Source of the DNA: Azolla caroliniana
Taxonomy: Eukaryota > Plantae > Polypodiophyta
NCBI GenBank assembly: GCA_043228905.1
Contig: JBHGNT010000007.1
Coordinates: 8,618,001 to 8,682,000 of the forward strand
Length of the DNA: 64,000 nucleotides
Reading direction: 5' to 3'
The notes under the pieces are model-generated. The model ran no database searches. It was not told the origin of the DNA and saw nothing but the letters and a program-made list of their open reading frames with translations. This document shows, piece after piece, positions 35,901 through 49,600 of the stretch (position 1 is the first letter of the stretch; each line of letters opens with the position of its first letter). Position numbers and translations under genes: made by a program.

Positions 35901-38900
35901 CGTGAACCCTTCAACGGAGGATAGTGCTCGCATTTTGGAAGAACTACATCATGATTTATCCTTGGAGCTTAGTCTTGCTAGTGAATGATACAAAAAGCAG
36001 GCTGATCGCCATTGATCTGCCACTCCACACTTTGTCATTTGAGACATGGTCTGGTTGTTACGTCGACACATCTCTACTACTTGTCCATGTGCGAAACTTG
36101 ATTACAAGAAGTTGGGACCATTCCGTATCATCGAGTGCATCAATGCCGTTGCCTTCCAGCTCGCCCTTCAATCCCACTTCCGGATTCATGATGTTTTTCA
36201 TGTCTCCCTCCTCGAACCCCATTATGCTTCACAACTCCCAGGACGTCAGGCCCCTCCACCACCACCTGTGTAATTGACGATAGGGGAGGAATATGAGGTC
36301 GACCAAATCCTTGACTCGCGTTGGCACCGTCGACACTTGCAATACCTTGTCCTATGGAGGGGTTACCCCATGTCTGAGGCCACATGGGAACCATCAGAAA
36401 ATTTAAGAAATGCCCCAAAGGTCGTCCAACATTTTCATCACCGATATCCCCACAAACCAACGGCCGATTTGGGAAGGCAGCATAGGAGGGGGGATAATGT
36501 GAAGATTCGAACACTTGACACGACCATGTTATAATCTAGTATCATGGGTTAACCAATATATCTAGTACACAGTTATGTATGTAATTGGTCCTTATTGTTT
36601 TGTTGGCATCATGTGCATAGTTGCTCCCTTGTAGTATTTACACTTGGCACATGCATGCATACCTACATGCTCTATTGTAGATTCACATGCGTGCAACAAG
36701 TATGCATGCCATGTAGTATAAATAGAGGAGTTCACCTTGAAGGAATTCAAGGTGAACAACACTAGTTATGGAGTCTTTCAGTTAATACTACTCATCCATT
36801 TGTCTATCTTCTTTCTTGTCTCTTGAGCTTATGATCTATCCGTGACAAAGGTGAAGTATAATGCCGACGGCTCCGTAAATTGTTACAAAGTTCGACTCGT
36901 AGCGAAAGGATACGCATAAACACATGGAGTCGACTATGAAGAGACCTTTGCCCCGGTGGCAAAGATGATGACAGTGTGGACCGTAATTGCACTCGCAGCG
37001 GCGAAAGGGTGGCACCTCCACCAAATGGACGTCAAGAATGCTTTCCTCCAAGGCGAATTAGAAGAGGAGGTGTACATGGTACAACCTCCAGGCTTCGAAT
37101 TGCGCATTCATCTGAACACCGTGTGCCGACTCAAGAAGCCACTCTACGGCCTCAAGCAAGCACCGCGTGCTTGGCATTAAAAGATTATGCAATATCTTCA
37201 TCAAATCGGCTTTCGAATGTCGAAATCCGACAACTCCCTCTACGTACGACACGACTCTAGAAGCTTAATTGTCATCATCCTATACGTGGATGATATGGTC
37301 ATTGCAGGTGAAAGTCTAGTCGACATCAATAAGGTCAAGTCCATCCTCTCCGGAAAATTCGAGCTAACGGACATGAAGGAGTTCCATTACTTCCTGGGCA
37401 TCGAAGTAATTCGGATTCCGACCGGCATTATGATCTCTCAACGGCACTACATCCTCAACTTGTTATACAAGTTTGGGATTACTGAGTGCAAATCGGTGGC
37501 TACGACTCTCGATGGAAACCTCACACTAGATGCGGACTCCGGCACAGACGAGTGCGAGCCGACTCAATATCGTCAACTGATCGGGAGCCTCATCTATCTC
37601 ACGATCACTCGACTCAACCTTAACTATCTAGTCGGACTCCTTAGCTAATTCATGCAAACTCCGCGAGATACCCATTTCGATTGCGCTAAGCGAGTATTAC
37701 GATACTTGAGCGGCACAATGGATTACGACGTTCTCTACGCATTGGCCACGCCAATACGACTCGAAGGGTACACAAACACGGACTGGGCAGGCTACAAAGC
37801 CGATCGACAATCGACCTCTAGATTTGTCTTCTCACTCGGTAGCTGAGCAATATCTTGGAGTAGTAAGAAATAGCCTATCGTCACACTTTCGAGTACAGAG
37901 GCCGAATACAAGGGCGCAACCGTAGCTGCATGTGAAGCCGTATGGCTCAAGAGGATTTTGAAGGATTTGGGTGTTCCCATCAAAGATCCGACTCCCATTT
38001 ACTGCGACAACATGAGCAGTATATATCTGGCTCGGAACCTGGTGTTCCACACACACACAAGGCATATCGAAGTGCACTACCACTTCATTTGAGAGAGTGT
38101 TCACGCCGAAGATGTTGATCTTCTACACATTAACACAAATCTTCAGACAGTCGACATCTTCAACAAGGCCCTAGGATCCGACAAGCTTCGGCAATTCATG
38201 TCAAACCTCAGATTGACGATCCGTGACTTGCCAAGCTTGAGAGGGAGTACAAGAGAGAACTGGATACTGTCCGAACCAGGTACGAGCCGAAGCGGACACC
38301 GGAGATCGTCTGAACCGGATACCAGCCGAAGCAGACATCAATCAAAAGGACCCGACCCGAGTTGAGCTTGATGGGGCGTGTTGACAATCAAGCTCAACAT
38401 AATGCAATGTGTGAACACACCTTTTGAGAATCCATGATTACTCAAAGGTCAAGAGTCACACCACTACTCTCTACACATTAACTATGTGTCATAGAATCAT
38501 ATTCTATGACACATAACTAATGAGTTACATATTCCCCATGACTATTATTCTTCACATTCCCCAAGAGAGAGAGGGGTTGTTGTAAGTTAATGAAGAGAGA
38601 GGGTGACTCTATATAAAGCACCCTCCTCATACTTCATACGAAGTTGGTTGTGACTCCTTATTATGCTACATTTGTAATTCTTATTCTACTTGTGAAATAT
38701 ACACCTTCTTCTCCAGTATTCCTTTTTCTATCTATCTTGTATTCTTTCATCTCTCCTCTAATTCCTCTCACACATACACATAACACACATCTCTTCTGCT
38801 ACACAAGAATCATACCCGATTCTTTACATATTCTTTGAATGCTTGATAAGCTTGACTTTTCTACTTGAGAAAATGCAAGATTGTAAATCGACTAAAGTCA

Positions 38901-41900
38901 TCTATAAAACTAATGAAATATTTGGCTCCACTAAGAGAAGGGGTTGGAAAAGTTCCACATAGATCACTATGTACTAATGCAAGCGGGGTAGTGGCTCTAG
39001 ATCTATGCTTTGCGAAGGGTCATTGGGGCATTTTCCCAAGGATACAACTTTCACACAAAGAGATGGGCTTGAAAGGTTCTTTTGGCAAACCATGGACTAG
39101 ATTATTACATTGTAATGTTTTTTTTAGCATTGAAATGCATATGACCTAGACGAAAATGCCAAAGAGAAGAGGGAGAATGAAGATTGGTTAGAGATATAGA
39201 AGATTGAATTGGGGTAGAATGGTGTGCTTCTAAAATAAGAGATGTAGGAATGCATTTTATGGGATATAAGCCTCCTTCTCATTTACAACATGTTCTAATA
39301 AGTTCTCCATTGGAGGCTTTATGTTTAATAATAGCATGGTTAGGATGAATATGACTTCAAAAATAATATCACCCTTGCCAATAGCTTGTTTAGTCCCATT
39401 ATTTCCAAATCTTACAATGATAGGAGGTTCAACTTCCTTATAGTTACATAACCAATCTTTTCTATTAGTTAAGTGGTTAGTAGCACCAGTGTCAAGATAC
39501 CATATGTCTTTTACATTAGTTGGATTTGGAGTGGTAGCGGAAAGTGATTTGGCAATGAATGCTTGAAGGACATCGTCATACTTGTCACCATTTTGATATC
39601 CATCTCCTACGGCTTTTTCATCATCAATCACTTCTTCAACAAGATGGGCTTGTACACGCCTCCACGGTTGATAATTCTTGAAATTTGACTTTGCGCGACA
39701 ATCTTTTGTTGCATGATTTGTACGTTTGCATATTAAACAATAGGTGTTGTTGAACCGCATTCCTCATTGGTTAGTGTTTTGATCTTTCTTTATCCATGGC
39801 TTTCAGCTTTCTCCTCTTTGAGTGAATCTTCAGTTTTTGTATGCTATCATTGCCACACTTGGAGTTGAATGTGAAGACCTTTGTAAGCACATTGTTTCTT
39901 CCTATCTAATGTTTGCAAGAAGATCAATTAGAGTTGGACAATTTATAGAGTTTTGGGTGGTTCTGAAAGTGGACCACGAGTGAGGAAGAGCACCAAGAAG
40001 GACAATCTTCTGTAATTTATCATGGATTTCTAATATCGAAGTTAAGACATCATCTAATTTCTTTTGCCATATTAATAGAAATTCACCAACCAGTTGTTTG
40101 CCATTCATTTTGTAATTAACAAGCGCTTGAAGTGTATGCGCTTGTTGGGCATCATTTTTTGGCTCGTAGATAGTTTGTAAATGCTTCCACATTTCATGAG
40201 CCGCCTCCATTTTTCACAATGTTTCTCCGGTGCCATCACTTACGTGCATTAGAATTTCCATTCTTGTGCATAGGTATTTTTCCTCATACTCTTCAAGTTC
40301 TTTGCCTTTTTCAAGTTTTGTCGACGATCCTGAAATTATGTCCCATACTTTATTATATTTAAAAAGTAATTCTAATCTTGCCTTCAAATTTTGATAGTTT
40401 GTGTCCGATAATTTCTCGATCATGAATTTTCGCATGTTGAATTGTGACGATGACATAGATTGTGCCATTCTTGTAGAGCGTTGTCTGGATCAGCACACGG
40501 AAAACACAAAATTGTCTTTCATTACTTGACGATCTTGGACACTATGAATATGATTATTTTTGTATGGGCATGAAAGTTAAATTATGATAAGGGCATGTGT
40601 CTTGTGATTTAAGAAAGGCATAGACTATAAGGTTATTAGGTCGTTGGCTCTGATACCATGTGGGGAAAACAAGAGAAAGAGTAATAGAAAGAAAAGGGGG
40701 GGAGAGAGAGAGAGAGAGAGAGAGAGAACAAAAACAGTTATATTATTACACCCTAACTATTACATCATTGGTGGAGAGAACAAAAACAGTTATATTATTA
40801 CACCCTAACTATTACAACATTGGTGGTCGCTTTATAAGCCCACCACCGATATAGTTATGGTTTCCTTCTCATGAAGGAAACTGTATTCCTAAGATTAATA
40901 ACTATTTATTTATTTATTTTTGCTTATAATTATTATTATTTTCCAAACGCTATTCGGCCGCATGTCCGAGCATCGATTCTCTATCCGGCTAGTCTTCTTG
41001 GCCATTGGTCTCGGGTTGGCCGTCTATTCTGGACGTTGTCATCTATCTTTGTCACTGTTTTTTATCGTCGTTGTCCACCTCTATCTAGCCATTCTATTTG
41101 TCTCTCCATGTTCTATCATCATCCTAAATCCCCGTCTCCATCTCTGTCGCTTCGTCTGTCATTGTGTGTCTGTCCGGCCCCCGCCATTGTTCGGCCGCCT
41201 ATCCAACCATTGCACCGATTATGTTTCCACCACTCTGGCTTCTGTCTGGCCACTCCACCCACTCTTCAGCCACTTCGGTCGTTCTTCGCTGTCCGATCCG
41301 GCTGTGTTCGTCCGATCCGGCCCGTCCACTGTTCGGGCGCATGTCCGACCATCTATCTGTCTTTGTCCAGTTGTCATCTCGGCCACCCTACTATCCGTCT
41401 GGTTCCGTCATCTCAATCCTCTATCCATTTCTTTGACCCTCTGGCTACTCCAGCCACTTATCCGGCTATTCTAAAACATTCCGATCGTCGTCTTGGCGCT
41501 TCTATCTCTATTCTCGTTGGCTATTTCGGCGGCTCCATCGCTATGCATCCCTGCACTGTCTTGTCTGGCGCCTGTCCATCCGGTCCGGTCGTCATTGTCT
41601 TTCTGGCCCTCCAACTGTCTTTTTGTTTTGGCTGTCGTTCGGGCCGTGTCCGTCCGGTTAATTCCATTCTTTTTCCGTTTTGTCTTCTACCTTTGTCATT
41701 TTCCATCAATGTCTGCCTTGTCTGTTTACTTTTCATTTGTGACATTTCAGTCAGTTTGCGTCCCTTTGGCCCATTTTGGTAGTGTATTTTCAGTCGTCCA
41801 GGTCTAATGTGTTCGCAACTCCGTCTTCGTCAGCTTTTGCTCTTCCTATCTTAACCTACTCTGGTCCTGGTTCTGATTTTGGTTCCAGATGTCCAGATGT

Positions 41901-43570
41901 CTCTACATCACTTCTTCAGGGACCATCCCTTTTCCGTCCTCTGCACTTCCTGTCAACCTCAGCTCCATGCACTACTTCTTGTCCGGCAATCTCCTAGTGG
42001 GCTTCTCTATTTCCCGATTCCGGTCTTGGCTATGTCCGTGTTACTTTGTTTGGAACCATCTCTTGTGCATTCTCAACACTTCTTGCTGACCTCTGCTCCA
42101 CACACTGCGTCTTCCTCTGCAGTCTCCTGGTGGGCTTCTCGTTCCAATCGTGCTAGCACTGGTTCCCTCTATTTCTTGCATCCGGAGTTTCTTTGTCGGT
42201 TCCTTCTTTGTCGCAGTTTGTCCGGCCATGTTTTTATTGTTGCATCTTGCACCACGCTTTTTGGAACACGTACGTTGTTGCTAACCACACACTCACACAA
42301 ACGTTGTTGCCATTCTCGCACTATTGTTGATTCCATTTCGAGTTCTTTTGCACATACTTCCATCGCATATCATTCTACGACTTCCTCTTGCACATCATCG
42401 TGTTGCATTCCTCGACGGTTTCCAATCACCATCACCATTTCCCGCACATTGTCCATTTGATTTCTCACAAATCATCGCCACCATTATCGCACATTTCGTC
42501 GTTGTTGTCTCCACCACGTATTAGTCTTCGACTTCGTCTCCAAAGGCGGGTCTCCTTAGTGGTCGCCAAAATAGTGTCGTGGGTTTTAGGGTTAGGGTTA
42601 ATGATAATGGTGATAAAGATAGGAATAGGGTTAACGATGATGATGGTAGTGATGATGACTGATGTGATGGCGAGATTAAGAAGCATTGCGGGGTGGGCGG
42701 TGGTGCCTAGAATGGCTCCACCCCCCTCCCAAGGGGGTTCAACGTAAGAGAGAAGGAAGATAGAGAAAAATGACAAGAGAGAGAAATTGAGAGAGAAATG
42801 TTCATTTCATGTTTCATTCAACCATAAGGGGTTAAATAGTTACAACAGGGGGTAGATACATAGGGGTGCAAGCTCCCTTGTCCATTCACACTAATCACTC
42901 ACTCACACCTCCTTATATTCGTCCACATGCATACACATGTGCATGTGTACACATACACGTCTACTCACACTCACAATTACACTTACACATTTACACATAC
43001 ACATTAACAACATTATAGCATTCAACCCTCGCTCATCACACTCTACATCTCCCGTACATCCGGTACGGTAACAGGTGTTGGCATCTGCTGCCTCCTTGTC
43101 TGTTTGGCCTCCTGTTGATTCGGCTCCTCCGAATCAAACTCCTTTTCAGAATCAGCTGCCTCCAATTCGTTCCAACTCTTGTTTGAATTGGCAGTCTCCA
43201 ACTCGTCCTCAATTTTCAAACCCTTTACCACATCGGACCATGTCCGTGTCTTGGTCTTTCCAGCTTTTCTTCCTCCTTTTTCGGTTGGCTTCGGCTTGGG
43301 CTCTCCATTCCGATGGCTTCCCTTGCATCCGGTCTCGGCTTCTTTTGTCGTCTCGTGCACTCTGATTTCTTCAATCGGGCCAAAATCGAAATTGGTTTCC
43401 GACTCGGCTTTTCGGTCGTCTTGCTCATTCCTCACTCTCAAGGTCAGCATATCGAGGTATTGCACACCTAGTGCATTGGAAAATTGCCGCAATTTGTCTA
43501 AACCGAGAGGTTTGGTGAAGATATCAGCCACATGTTGATCCGTCGGAACATGTAGCAGTTCCACTTCACC

Positions 43571-45047
43571 AGAGAGAACGCGCTCTCGGACAAAAGGTAG
43601 TGCACCTCAATGTGCTTTGTCCAGGCATGAAAGACAAGGTTCTTAGCCATCTAAATGTTGCTGAGGTTGTCACAATAGATCATCGCCGGATCAGACACCT
43701 CCACTCCCAAATCCTTCAGAAGCCTTTTTAGCCATATGGCTTCGCATGTCGTGACAGCCGCTCCTCGGTACTTGGCCTTAGTGCTCGATGGTGCAATTGT
43801 CGACTGCTTCTTACTGTTCTAGGCGACCGCAGTGCTCCCGAGTGAAAAACCCATATCCAGATGTAGACCTACGATCACCGACATTTCCTTCCCAATCGGC
43901 ATTCATGTAGATGACAAGTTGTCTAGCTACACCGGTCTGATACAACAACCCCTCTCCTTAGTGCCACTGATGCACTTTAGTATTCAGTTGCACGCACTAA
44001 AGGTGCTCCATAGTTGGATGTGCCATAAATTGACTAATTAGTCTGACCGAATAACTAAGGTTCGGTCGGGTGATGGTCAGATAGATACAGCTTCCGACTA
44101 TCTGTCGGAACCTTGTCGGGTCGCATGTCGTTCCGCAGTCAAGGCAAAGCTTTAAATTCTGGTCCAGAGGAATCGAGACGGATTTGTAATCCGTCATACC
44201 GAATTTGAAGAGCATACTCAACACATAGTGGCGTTGACTGATTAATATGTCTTCCGGGGTGCGGATCACTTCGATCTTGAGGAAGTAATGAAGGTCAACG
44301 AGATCCTTCATTTCGAATGATGCCGAGAGAGAACGCACTCTCAGACAAAATAGTAGTGCACCTCGATGTGTTTTGTCCCGGTATGAAAGATGGGGCTCTT
44401 AGCCATCTGAATGTTGCTGAGGTTGTCGCAATAGATCGTCGCCGGATCAAATACCTCCAGTCACAGATCCTTCAGAAGCCTCTTTAGCCATATGGCTTCG
44501 TATGTCGCGATAGCCGCTCCTCGGCACTCGACCTCAGTGCTCGATGATGCAATTGTTGACTGCTTCTTACTGTTCCAGGCGACTGCGGCGCTCCCGAGTA
44601 AAATGCATATCCGGATGTAGACCTATAGTCACCGACATTTCCTTACCAATCGGCATCCGTGTAGCCGACAAGTTGTTCGGCTAGACCGGTCTGATACAGC
44701 AACCCCTGTCCTTGGTGTCACTGACGTACCTTAGTATTCTGTTGCGCGCACTAAAGGTGCTCCATGGTTGGATGCACCATAAATTGACTAATTAGTCTGA
44801 CCGAATAATTGAGGTCTGATCGGGTGATGGTCAGATAGATACGACTTCCGACTATCTATCAGAACCTTGTCGGGTCGCATGCCATTCCACAATTGGGGCA
44901 AACCTTCACATTCTGGTTCAGAGGAGTCGAGACGGATTTGCAATCCTTCATACCGAATTTGAAGAGCATACCCAACACATAGTGGCGTTGACTGATTAGT
45001 ATGTCTTCCGGGAAGGTCACCGAGATCCTTCATTTCGAATGATGCCG
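43571..45047 (-). repeat. Tandem duplication of about 756 bp of RT-RH region inside F
   Basis: AGAGAGAACGC... at 43571 and about 44327, followed by colinear diverged copies. Confidence 0.85.
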
Positions 45048-46664
45048 CGAGCTGGGACTTTACACGGCCGATTTTGTCCAGGTCAGTGCCCGCGATGACT
45101 AAATCATCAACATAAAGTAAAATACTAATCGGCCCGTTTCAACCTTGCCGGATGAAGAGTGAAGAGTCTGATTTTGACGGAGCAAACCCCATCCGATGCA
45201 GTCTCTACGTGATCTTCACATTCCAGGCGTGTGGGGCTTGCTTAAGTCCGTAGAGGGACTTCTTCAATCGGCACATTGTCAATGTATTCATTCCGGACTG
45301 AAAAGCAGGGGGCGGAACCATAAAGACTTGTTCCTCAAGATCATCTTGCAAGAATGTATTTTTCACATCCAACTGATGTAGATGCCCCCCCTTCGCCTCT
45401 GCCACCGCAAGCAAGACACGAACGGTCGTCATCTTTGTGACCGGTGCAAATGTCGTATCATAGTCGATGTCGTGCTGTTGCCTGTAGCCGTTGGACACTA
45501 ACCGGGCCTTGGACCGGTTGACGGAGCCGTCAGTGTTGTATTTAACCTTGTATACCCATCGACTTCACTTCTTTCGGTATGTCCACCAAGTCCCACATCT
45601 CTCTCTCTATGAGTGCGTGCATCTCTTCTACCATGGCCTTCTGCCAGTTCGAATCCTTAGCCACTTCTACGTAGCTCTCCGGATCACGCATGGCTGCCAC
45701 GTTCACTATGTACGCATAATGATGCGCCATGTACTTATATCCATACCTTTGTCCGGCGTTCTTCTAGAGGGTGGATCGGCATAACTTCCTGTTAGCCGAT
45801 TTCAAGACCCTCTTGGCCGGATTAGACTTCATCTCCTAGGGTTCGTCTTCCTTCTGTCCGGAGTTGGATTCACTCCAATCCGGCTCGTCTCTACTAGTGG
45901 CGTATTCTTGCATCTTCTTCCAAGAAGTTTTGGGTTGAGGCGCTGATGATAGTGACCTATGTGATAAACAGATCACCCTCATCACCCTTGGACGGAGACA
46001 CACCACAAAGAGTATGGACCAGTAAAGACGTGTCTTACCCGCATGTAAAGGTATTCGATTGTCTTGCCTACATGCATGTTGCAAAGCACAAGAGAACAAA
46101 ATTGGATGCGAAGTCTCGGCCATGAATATTCCTTGGGTACAACGATGATGAGTTTAGCTATCGACTATGGGACTTGGTCAACAAGAAGGTCTTCTTGAGT
46201 CGAGACATAGTCTTCATGGAAGACAAGACTATTGTCAACTGGGAGTCAGAGAAGAAGGTAGCGGACTCTGGGTCGACCGATAGAGATTGGTCAGAAGATA
46301 CAAGGACCCATCTGGCCGAAAGCCGGATGACACTCAAAGAACCGGCCGAATTCGGACAAGAAACCGAACCGATCAAAGAAGAAGAATTGGACACCGGAAC
46401 CAAACAAGACCCTGAATTGGATTCGGATGAAGAATAGCCGGAGGAACCAGTGGTCAAAAACTAAGGACGGAGATACCCTCTAAGAGAGAGAAGGGCCCCC
46501 CTAGAGATTTTCGGATGTAGAGCACGTTTTATTGATTGACGAGGGGGATCCGGAAAGCTTCTAAGAAGGAAAGGAAAACACCCACATCTGCAAGTGGTTA
46601 AGTGCCATGCAAGATGAGATGGATTTCCTTGCATGAGAATCACACATATGAATTAATGGAGCTG

Positions 46665-49600
46665 TGAAAAGAATGGCGTGCGGAAGCAATATAGGAAACT
46701 GAACAACAGAAAACGCAGGTTTAATGGAAAGCTTAGGTTTGCATAGTACGCACGGGAGAGACAGAGAGAGAGTGTAAAAACCAGAACTATATTCAAAATA
46801 ATACTCAATCTGTACATCCTGTGTGTTCAATGAACACTTTTATACAAGTCCTTTTTGGACTGACAGAAGTACTGATAGTACTTCAATGCTCATTAAGCAG
46901 CCCTACACTAACTCCCAAATATATTCCTTGTGGAATATCTTTCCAATGGCCTCCCAGTTTCTGCACCGATCCGGCCTTCCTACGCACCGGTCTACGTACC
47001 GGTACCGATCCGGCCTAACCAATCGGTCCCAACCGATCCGGCCGATGTTGAGGTTGTCTCTCAACACTCCCCCTCAAGCTCAACTTGAGGCTCTTTGGGA
47101 TCTTCCGGATCACCGCTCCGGTTCCTCCTAGCTCCACGCCTCGCTCGCGCTCCTCGGCCTGTTCGACTCCGCTCGCTTCGACCCTTCCGGTCGGCTTGTC
47201 TGCTCCCACAGCCCTTCACAGCTCCCTTGTTGTCGCAGTGTTGGCGCTTCTCCTGCTACCTTCTTTTCCGCTTGGCCCTCGGTTGATTCAGTGTATCCAA
47301 ATCAAACATTCGAACCGACTCGGCTACCTCCGATCGTTTTTCGCTCTCGTCCGAGTTGGCTGTCTCCAACTAGTCTTCGGTCTTCTTGCCCTTGACGGCG
47401 TCATCTCCCCCATGCTTGGTTGGTTTCGGCTCTTTCTTTCGGCGGCTACTCCCCTTATGTCCACTTTTGGACTCTTCCGCGGATCCGCCCTCGGCTTCTT
47501 CAGCCGATCCGAAGTCGAATTCGTCATCCGACTCGGTGCCGCGGCCTCTTCCGCTCCCTTCCTACTCCCTTGCTCGGTCTTTCGAGACTGTTCTCCCCCT
47601 CAAGTTTGGCACATTGAGGTGATGCAACCCAAGCGCACCCGAGAATTGCCGCAACTTGTCCGAACCAAGGGGCTTGGTGAAGATGTCGGCAGTTTGCCGA
47701 TCCGTCGGAACATACTGAAGTTCGACTTCACCAGAAAGGACACGCTCACGGACAAAATGGTAGTGCACCTCAATGTGCTTGGTCCATGCATGGAAAACGG
47801 GGTTCTTCGCGAGTTGGATGCTACTGAGGTTGTCGCAGTAGATCGTCGTCGGATCGGACACCTCCCCTTGCAGGTCCTTAAGTAGCCGCTTCAACCATAT
47901 GGCTTCGCATGTCGCGACAGCCGCTCCTCGGTACTCAGCTTTGGTGCTCAACAGTGCAACTGTCGGCTGCTTCTTACTGCTCCACGCTATCGTGGCACTC
48001 CCAAGAGAGAATGCATAGGGGTTGAATTCACGGACTCTCGGGTTCGAAGATACCGAATGAGATATATCAAATTAGCATGCCCGGTAACTCACGTATGGTT
48101 CCCAAAGCGAGTCCCCAGTTACATAAAAAATCTACTTGCTAAGCCTCTCAACGAATCAGAAAGCCCAATAGCCGGACTTGGATCGGTGATCGATGGCATT
48201 GCCAGCCCAATCAACATCGGTGTAGCTGACCAACTGCGAGGTTGTACCAGTCCGATATAGCAGTCCCCGGTCCTTAGTGCCACTTATGTACCGCAGTACG
48301 CGTTGCGCACACTGAAGGTACTCCTCGGTAGGTCGCACCATGAACTGACTGATCACCCCGACCGGATAACTGAGATCGGGTTGGGTGATTGTCAAGTAGA
48401 TAAGGCTTCTGACAATTATTCGGAACCTTGTTGGGTCGCATACCTATCCGGAATTGGGGCGAAGCTTGACAGTTATATCCAGAGGAATTGAGACAGGCTT
48501 ACAATCAGCCATCCCGAATTTGAAGAGCATACTCAGCACATAATGGCATTGGCTAATCAATATGCCTTCGGGGGTATGGATCACTTCGATCCCGAGGAAG
48601 TAATGAAGATCCCTCAGATCCTTCATGTCGAACGATGCCGCAAGCTGGAGCTTCACGCGGTCGATTTCTCCTAGGTCGGCGCCGGTGATGACCAAGTCAA
48701 TAACATATAGTAAAATACTAACCGGACCGAATCGACCTTTCCGGATGAACAGGGAAGAGTCCGATTTTGACGTTGCAAAGCCCATCCGACGCAGTTGCTG
48801 CGTGATCTTCGCGTTCTAGACACGCGGGGCTTGCGTCAGTTCGTAAAGGGACTTCTTCAATTGGCACACTGCCGACGTGTTCGTTCCGGAATGAAATCCG
48901 GGGGGTTGTACCATGTACACCTGTTCCGCACGCTCACCTTGCAAGAACGCATTCTTTACATCCATCTGATGTAACTGCCACCCCTTTGCCGTAGCTACCA
49001 CGAGCAAAACACGGACAGTCGTCATCTTCGCGACCGGGGCAAACGTCTCATCGTAGTCGATGTCGTGTTTCTACGCGTAGCCTTTTGCCACTAACCGGGC
49101 CTTGTATCCGTTGATCGAGCCATCAGTGGTGTACTTGACCTTGTACACCCACCTACATCTGATCAGCTTCACACCCTGAGGTGCGTCAACCAGGTCCCAG
49201 GTCTCATTTTCTGCCAATGCTTGCATCTTTTCCTCCATCGCGGCACGCCAATTCACGTCCTTAGCCGCTTTTGCGTAGCTCTCCGGCTCACGCACTTCCG
49301 CTACACGGGTCATGTACGCATAATGATGCACCATGTACTCATTGTATCCGAACCGTACAATTGGGTTCTTCTGGCGGGTAGATCGGCATATCGGTCATTA
49401 GCTGATGTCGAGGTCTTCTCGGCCAAAGTGGACTTCGCTCTTGAAGACCCATCACCGCTCCCCTCAGAGTCGGACTCGTTCCTATCCATGTCGGAATCCG
49501 ACACCTTCTTCTTCCCTTTCTCTTTGCGCGTAAGCCGTCTACTCAGCTTCCTGTGCGGGGAATGCACAGCCGAGTCTCCACTACTCGCCGACTCTTCATC

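Larger units (their letters stand above)
27843..36847 (+). mobile_element. Element J: Ty3/gypsy chromovirus (Tcn1-like), split by K
   Basis: 350-bp LTRs 27843-28192 and 36498-36847; TSD AAGGT; PPT 36484-36497; gag 28243-28478 + 32320-32990; pol LLDSGAS, YLDD, INT; chromodomain EYEVDQILDSR...YLVLWRGY...ATWEP at 36274-36470. Confidence 0.95.
24402..38828 (+). mobile_element. Element I: Ty1/copia, decayed, split by J
   Basis: LTRs 24402-24852 and 38379-38828; TSD TATTC; PBS TGGTATCAGAGC 24853-24864; gag 25020-25892 (CGYCGKVGHRKEEC); INT, RT (YVDD) and RH to about 38250. Confidence 0.95.
21646..40947 (-). mobile_element. Element D: AT-rich Ty1/copia, decayed, split by I
   Basis: LTRs 21646-22084 and 40659-40947; iMet PBS ending at 40658; PPT 22085-22093; degenerate TSD CACTG/CGCTA; gag 39257-40468 (CLICKRTNHATKDC, WYLDTGAT), INT about 24057-24396, RT 22996-23883, RH 22106-22372. 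Confidence 0.88.
20107..43073 (-). mobile_element. Element C: non-autonomous gypsy-type LTR element (no gag/pol recognised), split by D
   Basis: LTRs 20107-20606 and 42575-43073; TSD GGTGT (20102-20106 / 43074-43078); PBS TGGCGACCAC at 42559-42568 (-) with the same CTATTT spacer as A. Confidence 0.9.
19460..45919 (-). mobile_element. Element F: Ty1/copia, 5'-truncated (3' LTR 19460-19851; RT-RH 43079-45919), split by C
   Basis: LTR TGTAAAAG...CAACA related to G's LTR, PPT complement TCCCCCTC next to it; RT/RH motifs on minus strand; no 5' LTR; fuses to E integrase at about 45920. Confidence 0.8.

Noticed and set aside
42465-42776. 103-aa hydrophobic ORF starting in C's 5' LTR and crossing the PBS
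   Set aside because: Built from ATC/ACC microsatellite-like sequence; no motif support.
48057-48260. Functional RpoC1-TE fusion ORF
   Set aside because: Only a 50-codon fragment reading into antisense copia sequence.
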